Shown: positions 32,401 to 41,384 of the stretch, in pieces
Numbering within the stretch: position 1 is the first letter of the stretch
How the letters are laid out: each line of letters starts with the position of its first letter
Source: Candidatus Poribacteria bacterium
GTDB lineage: Bacteria > Poribacteria > WGA-4E > UBA9662
DNA: 64,000 nt
Assembly (NCBI GenBank): GCA_036339735.1
Contig: JAYZAL010000001.1
Span: 1 to 64,000 of the forward strand
Direction of reading: 5' to 3'
Program-made: the position numbers and the translations under genes
The notes under the pieces: model-generated
Databases searched by the model: none
The model's input: the letters and a program-made list of their open reading frames with translations, nothing else
What the model was told of the DNA's origin: nothing

Positions 32401-35400
32401 CTAATGGATGAAGAGTCAGCATCAGTTATAAATATTAATCAGCAAGGTGAAGTCTCCGCACTTTCACCTGGTCCTGCTCGTGTCGCTGCCCACCTAGGAA
32501 ATCTAGTGGCTCAAGTTCAATTTTTTGTTGTTCCACCTAACCAATCTGCAGCTGTAACAATGAAGTCGATCAAGAATTGGCAAATTTATCCCAAGCCTGT
32601 ATTTCCAAATAAAAGCTTAAAATTGAGAGCTGGAGATAAAATCCAACTGATTAGTCAAGCTGAAACAAATCTAGGCCAAGTCATACCAGTCGCCTGCAGT
32701 TGGTTCGTAATTGATGCTTTTTCAGAACGAATTGGATCTGTTGGTCATGTGAGCGATAGTGGATTATTCCGAGCCATGACTAGTGGTAAAACTTCTATCA
32801 AAGCAGAAATTCAACCCATGGTTGGTTTCGACCCGATAGACCAAATGGCAAAAGATCTGCGGGCTCAGCAACTGCAGGTTGAAGTAGTTGCTGGTCAAGC
32901 TCGGTACGGTCAACTGAAGCCTCAGTCGGTAGTCTATTCTGCTAAGAGTCAGGAGCCAATTCAGTTTCAATTGTATTTGTTCGACGCGTTCGGAAACTCT
33001 ACAAAACCGACAGAAGCACCAATCTGGAAGGTCATTGGTAATGGTGGAGAAATTTCGCAAACAGGCAAATTTTTCCCTCAAACAAATGCGACCCCAAGTA
33101 CAAGAGCTCAGGTAATATCCCATTTGCCAGGTTTGAACATTGTAGCTCGAGCAACTGTTCAAACGCTTACTTCTGATCAAGTAGTCCATAAATTTCGTAT
33201 AGCGCCAGAGACAACTGAGGTTTTCAATCACAGCCAGATTCAATTTCAATCCTTAGCTCAAAATATCAATGGGGATTTAGTACAAGTTTACCCTAATTGG
33301 CAATTATTATCTGAATCCCCAATTGATTCAGTAATTCGATTGAGTAATAGCGGTCAGTTAACAGTTTTTAGTCCCAAAAATCTCGAGCTGAATCAATCTT
33401 TTCAAGTGATAGCCGAACTTGATAGTGGCCACCAAGCGACCGCGACTGTTTATCTAAAACCAGACCGGCTTAAAGGCATTCGGATTCTAGCTGATACCAG
33501 AGTTGTTGAAGTTAATCAAATATTACCTGTAAACGCGATTGGCATAACAGTGGATGGTCGAGAAATGGCTATTCAACCTGATTGGTCGGTACAACCAGCA
33601 ATTGGATCTATTGTCAACCAAGACAATAAAATGATTTTTGAAGCTACTTCTCCAGGCTACTGTCAATTATGGATTAAACATGGAGGCCTAAGGGCATTTT
33701 GGCCGCTCCATGTGAGCCTTACAGAGAAACCACCCACCTTGAAAATTAAATTCCTGAGTACTTTGAGTAGCCAAACGGTTACAGCTGGAAATGAGATCCT
33801 GTTAGTAGGCATTGAATCATCGATTTATGATTCTAAGGATTTATTGTCTGTGGTAAAAAATGCTGAGTGGCGCACCGACCCACAGGTCGAAATTCGTAAT
33901 TTACCTGATGGTGTAGTTAGCATCCGTCCAACAAAAGCCACGGAAATCAAGGTTTTCTGTGAAGTGTTCTCACCAATCCAGACGGCAAATTTAACCCTGT
34001 CAGTTGTCCCTGGAACTCCAACCAAGATCCAAATTGAACCATCGGTCTTGTCCCTGCGATCAGACACTTCCCAACCGGCGTCAGCAGAACAATTCCGACT
34101 CAGTCTGTTTGATAACTTTGGCAATCAAATAATCAATGACCCATCTGACACAACAATTTGGTCAGTAAGTGGAGATATTGGTACTATCAGTCCGAGCGGC
34201 CTATTTGAACCTAAGGTAATTCCCGTTGGAATGATTAACAGTACTTTAGGACATGTGAATGTTACGACGCCCTACGGTCGTGGGCAAACTAAAGTTACAT
34301 TAGTATCGGATATTGGCCGTTTGGAACGATTGGAAATTACACTGAAATCAGATATGCCAACGGTTGGGCAACCAATTGGACTTACTATACGAGGGTATAA
34401 TCATCAGAACCAATTATTCCCTGATGATGATCTGCATTATCACCATCAAAAATTTCCGATCCTGTTCCAAGTAACAGACGGAATTGTGGAGGACAACAAT
34501 GGTGAGTGGATATATTACCCTCCTACAAAGCAAAAGACAGTACGTCTCTTGGCTAAGAGTGATAACATTGAATCAGAACCCATTGACATTGAACTTAATC
34601 CGTCTGGTCCTTCTCAATTGATTATGTCTTTATCTGATCAATCGAATGAACTTTTACCTGATGAGTTAAATTTATCATCTGGAGAATACCAACTGATTCA
34701 TTATCGTATAATTGACCAATACGGGAATTTATTATCGAAAGATGACATTAATTCAGAATTACCAACTTTCATACTGACAAACCCCATTGTTGGCCAAATA
34801 GATCAAGCAGAAAAACAATCGGCAGAAGGTGTTTTTGCCTTTTGGGCTCAAAAAGCTGGCCAAACTGGTTTGACAATACGACAAGCTGGACTAACAAACA
34901 CTATTAGCATTGTAGTTAGACCTGGATCTATCAAACGATTAAAGGCTTCACTAACAGATAAGTTATTAACAGCCGGGGAAAACCTAGAGGTTTTATTGGT
35001 CGGTCTTGACAATTTCGATAATAGAATTTCGGCATCTAATCTATTTCCTATTCAAGCTACTATACTTCAAAATGATCTGGTTTTAGAAAAAACAGAATTA
35101 GTACTGTCGTCAAGTAATACCAATGAGCTGGTTTGGAAAAAAAGCTTTGACCAAGCTGGTATATACCAATTAGTCTACGAAACGATAAACACTGTTCAAC
35201 CAGTTACCACTCAAGTATCATTCGAAGTTATTCCAAATCAATTGGCAACATTAAAGGCTGATTTCGTTTCATTGATAGAACCAAATGAAAAGCCAATAGC
35301 CAAGCGGAATCACCCTTATGAGTTGGTTTCAGGTTTTTCTTATCAGTTGATAGTGGTAGGAAAAGATACGTTTGGCAACTCAGTCAATGTTAGACCGAGT

Positions 35401-36273
35401 TGGAAACTTACTGGCAATATAGGCCGTGTCAGATCAACAGATTCGTTAGTTATACTCGATACCATTTTCACTGGTGAAGGCCTTTTGATTGTCGCTTCAG
35501 CAGGTATTTCGACTGAAATACCAATCCAAGTTCACCCTTACCAAAAAGAAATCTCCAGTAGTGGTGGTGAAATCAGGAGCCCCGCTGGTATTTATCTAAA
35601 TGTACCAAAGAATGCGTTTCCCAAAGACGTAAAAATCAAAGTTGAAATTATTGAATCCCCTGGAATGAAAGCCGAAGCTAAACGGGTAACCCCGGTGATC
35701 AAGATTACACCACTGCAACTGTTAGCCAAACGCTCCATCCAGATGGTCTTTGACTATCGCTCAACAATTACATCTGATTTTGAGCCATCCAAACTAGGTC
35801 TCTATTTTTGGGATAGCTTTAGCAAAGACTGGTTGCCAATTTCAAGCCGGGTTGATACAACCAACCTTTTTGTTGAGTCAAAGATTAATCATTTCGGTAC
35901 ATTTGCGTTAATGACGAGTGATCAGTCATCTCCCAATTCTTCAGAATTAATCATTCAGAATATTCGATGTAGCCCACCTTTATTTTTCAACACTGAAAGT
36001 AATCAATTGACTATTACTTATCAGGTTATAGCTCCTCCCGATCAAAGAGAAAACAGTATTCAAGTAACAGTGAAATTTTTTGACTTGTACGGTCGAGAAA
36101 TAATTACCCTATTAGATAAATCTGAACGACGCATAGGCAACAACGTGGAAGTTTGGAATGGTCGCAATACCAATGGAGACCTCTGTCCAAATGGTAGGTA
36201 TATTTTGCTGATACTTATCGATAATGGGCGAACCCAGGCATACGACAAGCAAATTGTCACTATATTCAAATAA
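29431..36273 (+). CDS. Giant secreted protein: signal peptide, tandem bacterial Ig-like repeats, ZU5-like module, C-terminal FlgD-Ig-like domain
   Basis: Signal-like MGKIKVR...LFGLTILEVDA; recurring D-x-[FY]-G-N ... W-x3-G-x-I-G-x-I-x3-G-x-F units; C-terminal FDLYGREIITL...WNGRNTNG...NGRYI. Confidence 0.8.
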   Translation: MGKIKVRITVFTSSVLCLYCILLFGLTILEVDARLDIRLIDREQNPVPKARIQIIPGESHPDKDILPIKPPEPRPDGLVGFATDSKGRVSVDLPDGQYTVFASPSYDLNQSEETSFLVMSSAEAPGEVILSTNQTVPVTVSAIGEGVFGDGEYIPLEMSYVYFRPAKRIFGYVGLLDSEGNLDARISPGHYHLIIKGSISRHYLVLNDQIIRPQADKQFISFDGRENMTAQLGFNLPDQAQLVLHEILSSEFTNEQVDVVEDQIGYDAAYTDVYALDSGQFVIPTRLLPNHTYKINLSYVMNLDGHLYAYEFRVDQLKVDVPETYTIGNDGSTALKIEATTDQTAYPPGSMVAVHFKISDTIGNQLYRFFNYSSARLVFPFVVVSDPNGRVIASNPITREIPEDFFRFEFYLPETAQSGEYQVNISLDARYYGQLQTSINFEVEKKIEIFPPKIYRVYIPEITTDQKFRTQDPILFQAQLDESTPLDASLILQPKTNEPSELHFLPSTTIQAQVIQAEAPLEWTHQWNIPANFLVGQQLRWSLLVSDFRGNQSQESGLISTQIGNTEVEKKETEVLLLPQKTVLLAGQQQFFELAIPKTDLISQIQWFFDDSILEKIENSTNKIKIEAKKVGTSFLKVEGVFTQTGQKFTGESLTKVVFGQLAHMQIRTVPPQVNSLESGQKLILTAIGRDHFGNQMILAPKWTVDGNIGSIKQIVEGNNQVQTIFTAIQSGKGQINAYLLSQTTNLPIKVSHGKLHDITIDPFIAYLPVSSNQEQFQYQFMGHGWDLGQNPIGDIPIQWTVDQAAGNIDLTGLMTSINQPNTQTLGNVIINGTVWAKGESGSNPGKSVVVIQNRPPQTMKKLHLTLSNFDQTLDHLTLGVGEQQKFEATGTDVNNQRSAPIVSWSVNGQIGHIQPDGLFTASQIGRGWITAISEGLSATISLQITAGEPDQIVLNTPYKTLRVDENFRLTATLRDQFGNIISSHSEYRWLMDEESASVININQQGEVSALSPGPARVAAHLGNLVAQVQFFVVPPNQSAAVTMKSIKNWQIYPKPVFPNKSLKLRAGDKIQLISQAETNLGQVIPVACSWFVIDAFSERIGSVGHVSDSGLFRAMTSGKTSIKAEIQPMVGFDPIDQMAKDLRAQQLQVEVVAGQARYGQLKPQSVVYSAKSQEPIQFQLYLFDAFGNSTKPTEAPIWKVIGNGGEISQTGKFFPQTNATPSTRAQVISHLPGLNIVARATVQTLTSDQVVHKFRIAPETTEVFNHSQIQFQSLAQNINGDLVQVYPNWQLLSESPIDSVIRLSNSGQLTVFSPKNLELNQSFQVIAELDSGHQATATVYLKPDRLKGIRILADTRVVEVNQILPVNAIGITVDGREMAIQPDWSVQPAIGSIVNQDNKMIFEATSPGYCQLWIKHGGLRAFWPLHVSLTEKPPTLKIKFLSTLSSQTVTAGNEILLVGIESSIYDSKDLLSVVKNAEWRTDPQVEIRNLPDGVVSIRPTKATEIKVFCEVFSPIQTANLTLSVVPGTPTKIQIEPSVLSLRSDTSQPASAEQFRLSLFDNFGNQIINDPSDTTIWSVSGDIGTISPSGLFEPKVIPVGMINSTLGHVNVTTPYGRGQTKVTLVSDIGRLERLEITLKSDMPTVGQPIGLTIRGYNHQNQLFPDDDLHYHHQKFPILFQVTDGIVEDNNGEWIYYPPTKQKTVRLLAKSDNIESEPIDIELNPSGPSQLIMSLSDQSNELLPDELNLSSGEYQLIHYRIIDQYGNLLSKDDINSELPTFILTNPIVGQIDQAEKQSAEGVFAFWAQKAGQTGLTIRQAGLTNTISIVVRPGSIKRLKASLTDKLLTAGENLEVLLVGLDNFDNRISASNLFPIQATILQNDLVLEKTELVLSSSNTNELVWKKSFDQAGIYQLVYETINTVQPVTTQVSFEVIPNQLATLKADFVSLIEPNEKPIAKRNHPYELVSGFSYQLIVVGKDTFGNSVNVRPSWKLTGNIGRVRSTDSLVILDTIFTGEGLLIVASAGISTEIPIQVHPYQKEISSSGGEIRSPAGIYLNVPKNAFPKDVKIKVEIIESPGMKAEAKRVTPVIKITPLQLLAKRSIQMVFDYRSTITSDFEPSKLGLYFWDSFSKDWLPISSRVDTTNLFVESKINHFGTFALMTSDQSSPNSSELIIQNIRCSPPLFFNTESNQLTITYQVIAPPDQRENSIQVTVKFFDLYGREIITLLDKSERRIGNNVEVWNGRNTNGDLCPNGRYILLILIDNGRTQAYDKQIVTIFK

Positions 36274-36302
36274 GAAGCGTCTAAAAATAGATAACTTAGT
36301 AA

Positions 36303-38219
36303 TTATCCCGGCATTAACCGGTAGCTAATTTTTGTAAATAAGCCGATAATAATCCAGACTCCGCCAATCATAGTTTCACCGAAGACCATACCCAAGAAAA
36401 AAGGCTGAAATTGGCGAAAGAGCTTGATTCCGCCTATTCTTAGAATTATCGTTTTGCTAAACCAACCAATAAAGAAAGATGACCACATTGTGAATGGGGC
36501 CCAACTCGTTGTCATCGCATACCCCAAAGGATGAACCCTCCACCAAAGGAAACGATAGCGCATGAAAATCAGCAACCCCATAAATGTCGTACCAATTCCA
36601 ACAAAAGAAAGCTCTAACCAGTCAGTTTCCTTTGGGAAGTTAATATAAGTAACTAACCGATTCCATGGTTCTGGATCAGGCCAGTACCCCATGTTGTTGC
36701 CACCCTTTTTATACCAGGTCATTAAGCCTGCATAGTATGCGACTATCAATCCAACGAGCATGGATAAAAACATTACCCCCATTAACTTCCGCCTATGTAG
36801 TCGAACAGGATCACTCGCTTTAAAACCATTCATGACATGTGGCATAATAAATTCTCGTAAGTCGAACATCATCGTCTTTTCAAAAGTTAAGATCGTATGA
36901 TTCCTAGGATTGAAATTAGAAGAACCGAAGGCTACCATCAGGTAATCCGAAGGACGAAAAATAGCTAACAGGAATAGAAAACCTCCGTCAGTTACCATCC
37001 AGGTTAGCACAATTGCCATCATATAAAAACAAACCATTACACTGATTGCCAACCAGAAAGAAAGACCAATCATCGAACTCATTAAAGCAATCAAATAAGT
37101 AGTCAATATAAGTCCAATTAATGCCCAGCGGTAAGTTAATGGTTCATTGCTATCATCAATCTTGTTTTGAAGATCGAGTGCTTTTGTAATTACGCTCCAT
37201 ATATGTCTGCGAGCTAGCCAAAACACGAAAATAACCAAAGCAATATATCCACCCATTTCTTGGCGGTTAGCTAGTGTCCAACCGCTGAAAGAAACTCCAC
37301 TGGCTAGCACAATAGTACTTTGCAATTTATAGATCAGATAGAAAAACCAGAAGGAAAACGACACATCTAGTGATAAAAGGTATGTAAAACCAATAATAGA
37401 AGGGTAAACCATGATTGAGACTGGCCGCATCGCAGACCATGGTTTATCAACCAGCAGTGTATCTAAATTGAAATGAAGAGGAATTGACGGCAAATTAGGA
37501 AAATGGCGTTCCAGACCATTTAGTAGATGAATTAGGACTGGAAAAGCTGCACCTATCCACATTGACGGGGTTCGAAAAAAGGAGTTTATTTGTTTCCCGA
37601 TGGCTGGTACAGCTGACATTTCGGCTGGGAGTTTAACTAAAGGGAATGCGAATCGCTCGTGTTCAACCCATTGCTTTCGTAAAACTACGCTCAGGCAAGT
37701 AAGACTGGTAAATGTTAGGAAGGCATATAAACACCAAGCTAACGCGGGCTTTACCCAGAATATCCAAGGTATCGGTTTCCCTGTCGGAAGCCCTTCATAA
37801 AAATACTTGACAGCTTTTGGGTCTACCACCATGACAGATTCTGGCAGATAATGAAAAAATAGAGATTTCCAGTCATTTTCTGGGGTGGCAAAGTAGTAAG
37901 GCGAAACCAACATCCACAAGTGATAACGAATGAACCCCGCAGAAGGAATACCTGCTGCAACCGTCATCATACACCAAATAGTGATTAATTCTGAGGGCGA
38001 TAATTTCCAGTGAAATTTGTTGAAGTGACAGATTGCAGTTAGCAAAGATAGCAAACAAAATAGAAAGAATGCACCGATAGGAAAATGATTTCCAGAAACG
38101 AAAGTGCCCCGTAAGTAATAATCGTTATACGGTGTAACTAGACAAAGTAAGATGACACATAAGAGTCCTATCAGTACGCTACGTAAACTGACCGAATATA
38201 GCTTTTCTTGTTTTTCCAC
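36303..38219 (-). CDS. Polytopic membrane protein, DUF6785/DUF6784-type (putative transporter)
   Basis: Many TM helices; YYFATPENDW, PW..W..P, LRKQWVEHERFAFPL, WWRVHPLGY, PFFLG motifs. Confidence 0.75.
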   Translation of the reverse strand: MEKQEKLYSVSLRSVLIGLLCVILLCLVTPYNDYYLRGTFVSGNHFPIGAFFLFCLLSLLTAICHFNKFHWKLSPSELITIWCMMTVAAGIPSAGFIRYHLWMLVSPYYFATPENDWKSLFFHYLPESVMVVDPKAVKYFYEGLPTGKPIPWIFWVKPALAWCLYAFLTFTSLTCLSVVLRKQWVEHERFAFPLVKLPAEMSAVPAIGKQINSFFRTPSMWIGAAFPVLIHLLNGLERHFPNLPSIPLHFNLDTLLVDKPWSAMRPVSIMVYPSIIGFTYLLSLDVSFSFWFFYLIYKLQSTIVLASGVSFSGWTLANRQEMGGYIALVIFVFWLARRHIWSVITKALDLQNKIDDSNEPLTYRWALIGLILTTYLIALMSSMIGLSFWLAISVMVCFYMMAIVLTWMVTDGGFLFLLAIFRPSDYLMVAFGSSNFNPRNHTILTFEKTMMFDLREFIMPHVMNGFKASDPVRLHRRKLMGVMFLSMLVGLIVAYYAGLMTWYKKGGNNMGYWPDPEPWNRLVTYINFPKETDWLELSFVGIGTTFMGLLIFMRYRFLWWRVHPLGYAMTTSWAPFTMWSSFFIGWFSKTIILRIGGIKLFRQFQPFFLGMVFGETMIGGVWIIIGLFTKISYRLMPG

Positions 38220-38324
38220 TACGTTCTTTATTATATTGAATTACAGGAAGAATTAATGTCTAGTATAACCAAATATAACTCTTAGAAATAGGAGAAATGG
38301 TGCCGAAAAGTCTTGCGCCATTAC

Positions 38325-38353
38325 TTGACGTAAGTAGCACGATTTGATAGAAT
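38325..38353 (+). promoter_or_regulatory. Sigma-70-type promoter
   Basis: TTGACG-N17-TAGAAT with TG extension. Confidence 0.65.
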
Positions 38354-38424
38354 CGACAAGAGTGTGAGAAGCATTGACTCGTATTGAAAGTCAGGTTCTT
38401 TTCGAATAAATCAGAGGATAGAAA

Positions 38425-39279
38425 ATGTTCAAAAATTTAAGTCCTGGTGCTATTGGTGTTGCCGCAGATATGAAACAAGGCTTAGCCTATGCTAGGCAGT
38501 TTGGTTTTGAAGGGCTAGATCTCAATATTTATGAAGCCCAAAAAATAGCTGAGGAACAATCCATCGAAGAAGTGAAAAAGTTATGGGATGGAATTAAGAT
38601 GGGTAGCTGGACTTTCCCTATCACTTGGAATGCACCGGAAGAAGAGTATCGGGAGAAATTGTCCCACCTTCCAGAAATCGCAGCTTTGGCGGCTGACCTT
38701 GGTTGTTTTCGTACTGCTATCTGGATTCCACCTGCTTCTAGTGAAAAGACTTATCAAGAAAACTGGGATTTTCACGTCAGTCGTTTTCGTCCGATCGGAG
38801 AAATTTTGGCTGATTATGGCCACATGATAGGTTTGGAATTTATTGGTCCTCGAACTAGTCGAGCAAATGCCAAACACGGATTTGTTTATACAATGGATGG
38901 AATGCGCGGTTTAGCGGCATCTATTGGAACTGGTAATATTGGGTTATTATTAGATACTTGGCATTGGTACACCGCTCAATCGACGTTATCGGATCTTTCT
39001 CATCTCTACGCTAGTGATATCGTCTATGTACATGTCAATGATGCACCAAGTAATATTGATGTCGAAGACCAGATCGATAATGTGAGGTGTTTACCGGCCG
39101 AAACAGGTGTGATTCCTCTAGGACAATTTTTCCGAATTTTGTCAGAAGTGGGCTATCAAGGGCCAGTGGCTGTTGAACCTTTTAGTCAGAAGCTAAGAGA
39201 AATGGAACCGGAGCAAGCTCTGCAAGCGACTATTGACTCCCTGGATAAAGTTTGGCAACAAGCAGGACTAAATTTTTAG
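38425..39279 (+). CDS. Sugar phosphate isomerase/epimerase (xylose-isomerase-like TIM barrel)
   Basis: GLEFIGP, LLLDTWHW, VHVND, R.LP..TG, VEPF. Confidence 0.88.
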   Translation: MFKNLSPGAIGVAADMKQGLAYARQFGFEGLDLNIYEAQKIAEEQSIEEVKKLWDGIKMGSWTFPITWNAPEEEYREKLSHLPEIAALAADLGCFRTAIWIPPASSEKTYQENWDFHVSRFRPIGEILADYGHMIGLEFIGPRTSRANAKHGFVYTMDGMRGLAASIGTGNIGLLLDTWHWYTAQSTLSDLSHLYASDIVYVHVNDAPSNIDVEDQIDNVRCLPAETGVIPLGQFFRILSEVGYQGPVAVEPFSQKLREMEPEQALQATIDSLDKVWQQAGLNF

Positions 39280-39282
39280 CCA

Positions 39283-39711
39283 GTGGCGATCTTTGAAACT
39301 GCTGATCAGCTTTATGCTTGTATCGGTGGTATGTTTATGCACCTGCGTGAAGACAAGCAAACCCAAAAGCAGCTAGGGAAACAAAAATTCAGGGTCCAGT
39401 TTACCTTCTCCACCCCCACAGCCACAATTGGTTTGACGACAGAAAACGGAGAGCAGTCGATCTTGCTCAATCAAAGGATAGAAAACCCAGATGTTGAGCT
39501 AATAATGTCAGGAGATGTAGCGCACTATTTCTGGATGGGAGATATTAATGTAATGGAAGCAATTACCAAGCGCCAGATTGTACCGGTGGGTTCACTAGCT
39601 AGAATCATGACATTAGTTCCACTCATAAAAGCAGCTATCCGTTTTTATCCAGAACACTATCAGACATACCAGATTGACCCCCAAAACCACTACGACCAGC
39701 TCACAGACTAG
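39283..39711 (+). CDS. SCP2 sterol/lipid-binding domain protein
   Basis: PDVELIMSGD.AH.FW.G.IN...AI....I...G pattern. Confidence 0.75.
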   Translation: MAIFETADQLYACIGGMFMHLREDKQTQKQLGKQKFRVQFTFSTPTATIGLTTENGEQSILLNQRIENPDVELIMSGDVAHYFWMGDINVMEAITKRQIVPVGSLARIMTLVPLIKAAIRFYPEHYQTYQIDPQNHYDQLTD

Positions 39712-39727
39712 TCCGCGGGCTGGTCGT
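39692..39727. terminator. Hairpin between the convergent SCP2 and rpsT genes (possible terminator)
   Basis: ACGACCAGC...GCTGGTCGT stem with a partly paired interior; weak U-tracts. Confidence 0.45.
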
Positions 39728-39750
39728 TTACTGGCTGAAAGTAAAATTAA

Positions 39751-40023
39751 CTATGCGCTGGCCGATAGCTTATTAATGCTGATAGCCAAACGGGATTTTT
39801 GACGATTAGCTGTACCCTTCTTAATGACCCCCTTGCCAACAGCTCGATCTAGTTGACAAGACGCCTCTCGGTATAATGATTGGGCTTGCTCCAAGTTTCC
39901 GTCTGAGACGGCAGACTTCGTTTTCCTAATGGCCGTTCTAAGAGCAGACAATCGTCTTCGGTTGACAACTGCCTTCCGCTTATCTGCTCGTATGTGTTTG
40001 AAAGCTGATGGTCTGTTCGCCAT
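39751..40023 (-). CDS. rpsT: 30S ribosomal protein S20
   Basis: MAN..SA.K.IR, S..RT.I.K, LDRAVGKGVIKK.TANRQKSRL. Confidence 0.95.
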   Translation of the reverse strand: MANRPSAFKHIRADKRKAVVNRRRLSALRTAIRKTKSAVSDGNLEQAQSLYREASCQLDRAVGKGVIKKGTANRQKSRLAISINKLSASA

Positions 40024-40067
40024 ACTTAATATTTCACCTCTAAGTTTAAACTTTCCGTTTTTTGTTT

Positions 40068-41222
40068 TTATTGAGTTTGTGTTACATCATCCAGATACGA
40101 TTCTAGAAGCTTACGTCGCTTTCTAGGTGTGCGAGCCGTTTTGGGAGTCAGCTCTTCGCTTCCATCTAGCAGCTCAGGGGCATCGTCAAGTTCATCCTCG
40201 AACTGAGCGAAATCTTGGATTCCCGCACTCACATCTGTCTCGTCTTCCACCAGCAAGTCTCCGCGTTCCAAGGCTTCTAATTCCTCTGGGGTTTCTCTTC
40301 CCTCTAGTTCAACCTGAGAAAACAATGCATCAAGATCATCGGTACTAGCACCTAGCTCAGATTCTTCCTCTAGAGGCATTAAGTCATTCAAATTATCATC
40401 AAATTCAGTCAGTTCACTCTCATCACCATCGATCCCACCAAAATCGATATCAACTAATGGATCATGGTCTGTTAGAGTGTCATTTTTACTATTTCTGTCG
40501 ACGTCTGTTTCTTCTTCAAGCTCGCTCGGTATTGCTATCTCATCTTCATCCTCATCGAGAAATTCCTCGTTATCATCAACGAAGAAGTCTTCTTCCTCGT
40601 CACCAATTACCTCAAAGTCATCATCTATTGAAGAAAAACTTTCTTTATTATCTTCACTTTCGGTCTCAAGATCCTCCTCCAAAATAGTGCCTTCATCAAT
40701 ATCTGACAAATCAGAGATGTCGTAGGAATTAGGAGTCGAGGGTCGTTGGTCAGCAACAGGTGTGGATGCCTCACTAATATTATCTTTAAGTCCCGACACA
40801 AAGGCTTCAGGTAGAGCACTTTTCACACTACCAAATCTTTCAATAATGGCAGCAAGCTCCTGGTATTTTTCTCGTTTTTCGACTTTTGCATTTTCCAACC
40901 GAGTTTGGGCTCGTCTTGCATGTCGTTTCAAGTCTTTCAATTCCAGGGTTAAATCATCAATTTCCTGATCTAACTCAGCTTTCTGTCCAGCGACGTGGTC
41001 ATGTTGTCGTTCAGCTTCAGCTATCTCGGCCATTAAATTACCAATCTGATCTCGGATCCGGTTGACTTGATGGCGCTTTTGGCTCAATGACTCTTTTCTT
41101 TGAGACAGTCGTCCAATTTGCTCATCAAGCTGGCCCTCTTTTTGATCAAGTTCAGAAATCGCCTTCTCGTAAATAACTTCGACTTGCCCCGTGATGTTTT
41201 TAACTGCATCATCCATGATCAT
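40068..41222 (-). CDS. Hypothetical protein: N-terminal coiled coil, long acidic low-complexity region, basic C-terminal patch
   Basis: Heptads over ~130 aa; D/E-rich middle; TPRKRRKLL near the end. Confidence 0.75.
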   Translation of the reverse strand: MIMDDAVKNITGQVEVIYEKAISELDQKEGQLDEQIGRLSQRKESLSQKRHQVNRIRDQIGNLMAEIAEAERQHDHVAGQKAELDQEIDDLTLELKDLKRHARRAQTRLENAKVEKREKYQELAAIIERFGSVKSALPEAFVSGLKDNISEASTPVADQRPSTPNSYDISDLSDIDEGTILEEDLETESEDNKESFSSIDDDFEVIGDEEEDFFVDDNEEFLDEDEDEIAIPSELEEETDVDRNSKNDTLTDHDPLVDIDFGGIDGDESELTEFDDNLNDLMPLEEESELGASTDDLDALFSQVELEGRETPEELEALERGDLLVEDETDVSAGIQDFAQFEDELDDAPELLDGSEELTPKTARTPRKRRKLLESYLDDVTQTQ

Positions 41223-41384
41223 TCACCGAAACGGATTGTTAGCCACAAATGTTAGCATATCTAAAAAATGTTGTCCACTGATATTAGTTTTGATTCTTCA
41301 AGTAAACGAACTGTTCTAACCAAAGTCTATACCAATATTTTTAGTCAAAATGTTATAATTCATCCAACGGAAAAATAATAGAAA

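Noticed and set aside
41311-41340. Possible Pho-box-like 11-bp-period repeat (TCTAACC / TCTATACC) upstream of phnC
   Set aside because: Poor match to known PhoB consensus and only two weak units.
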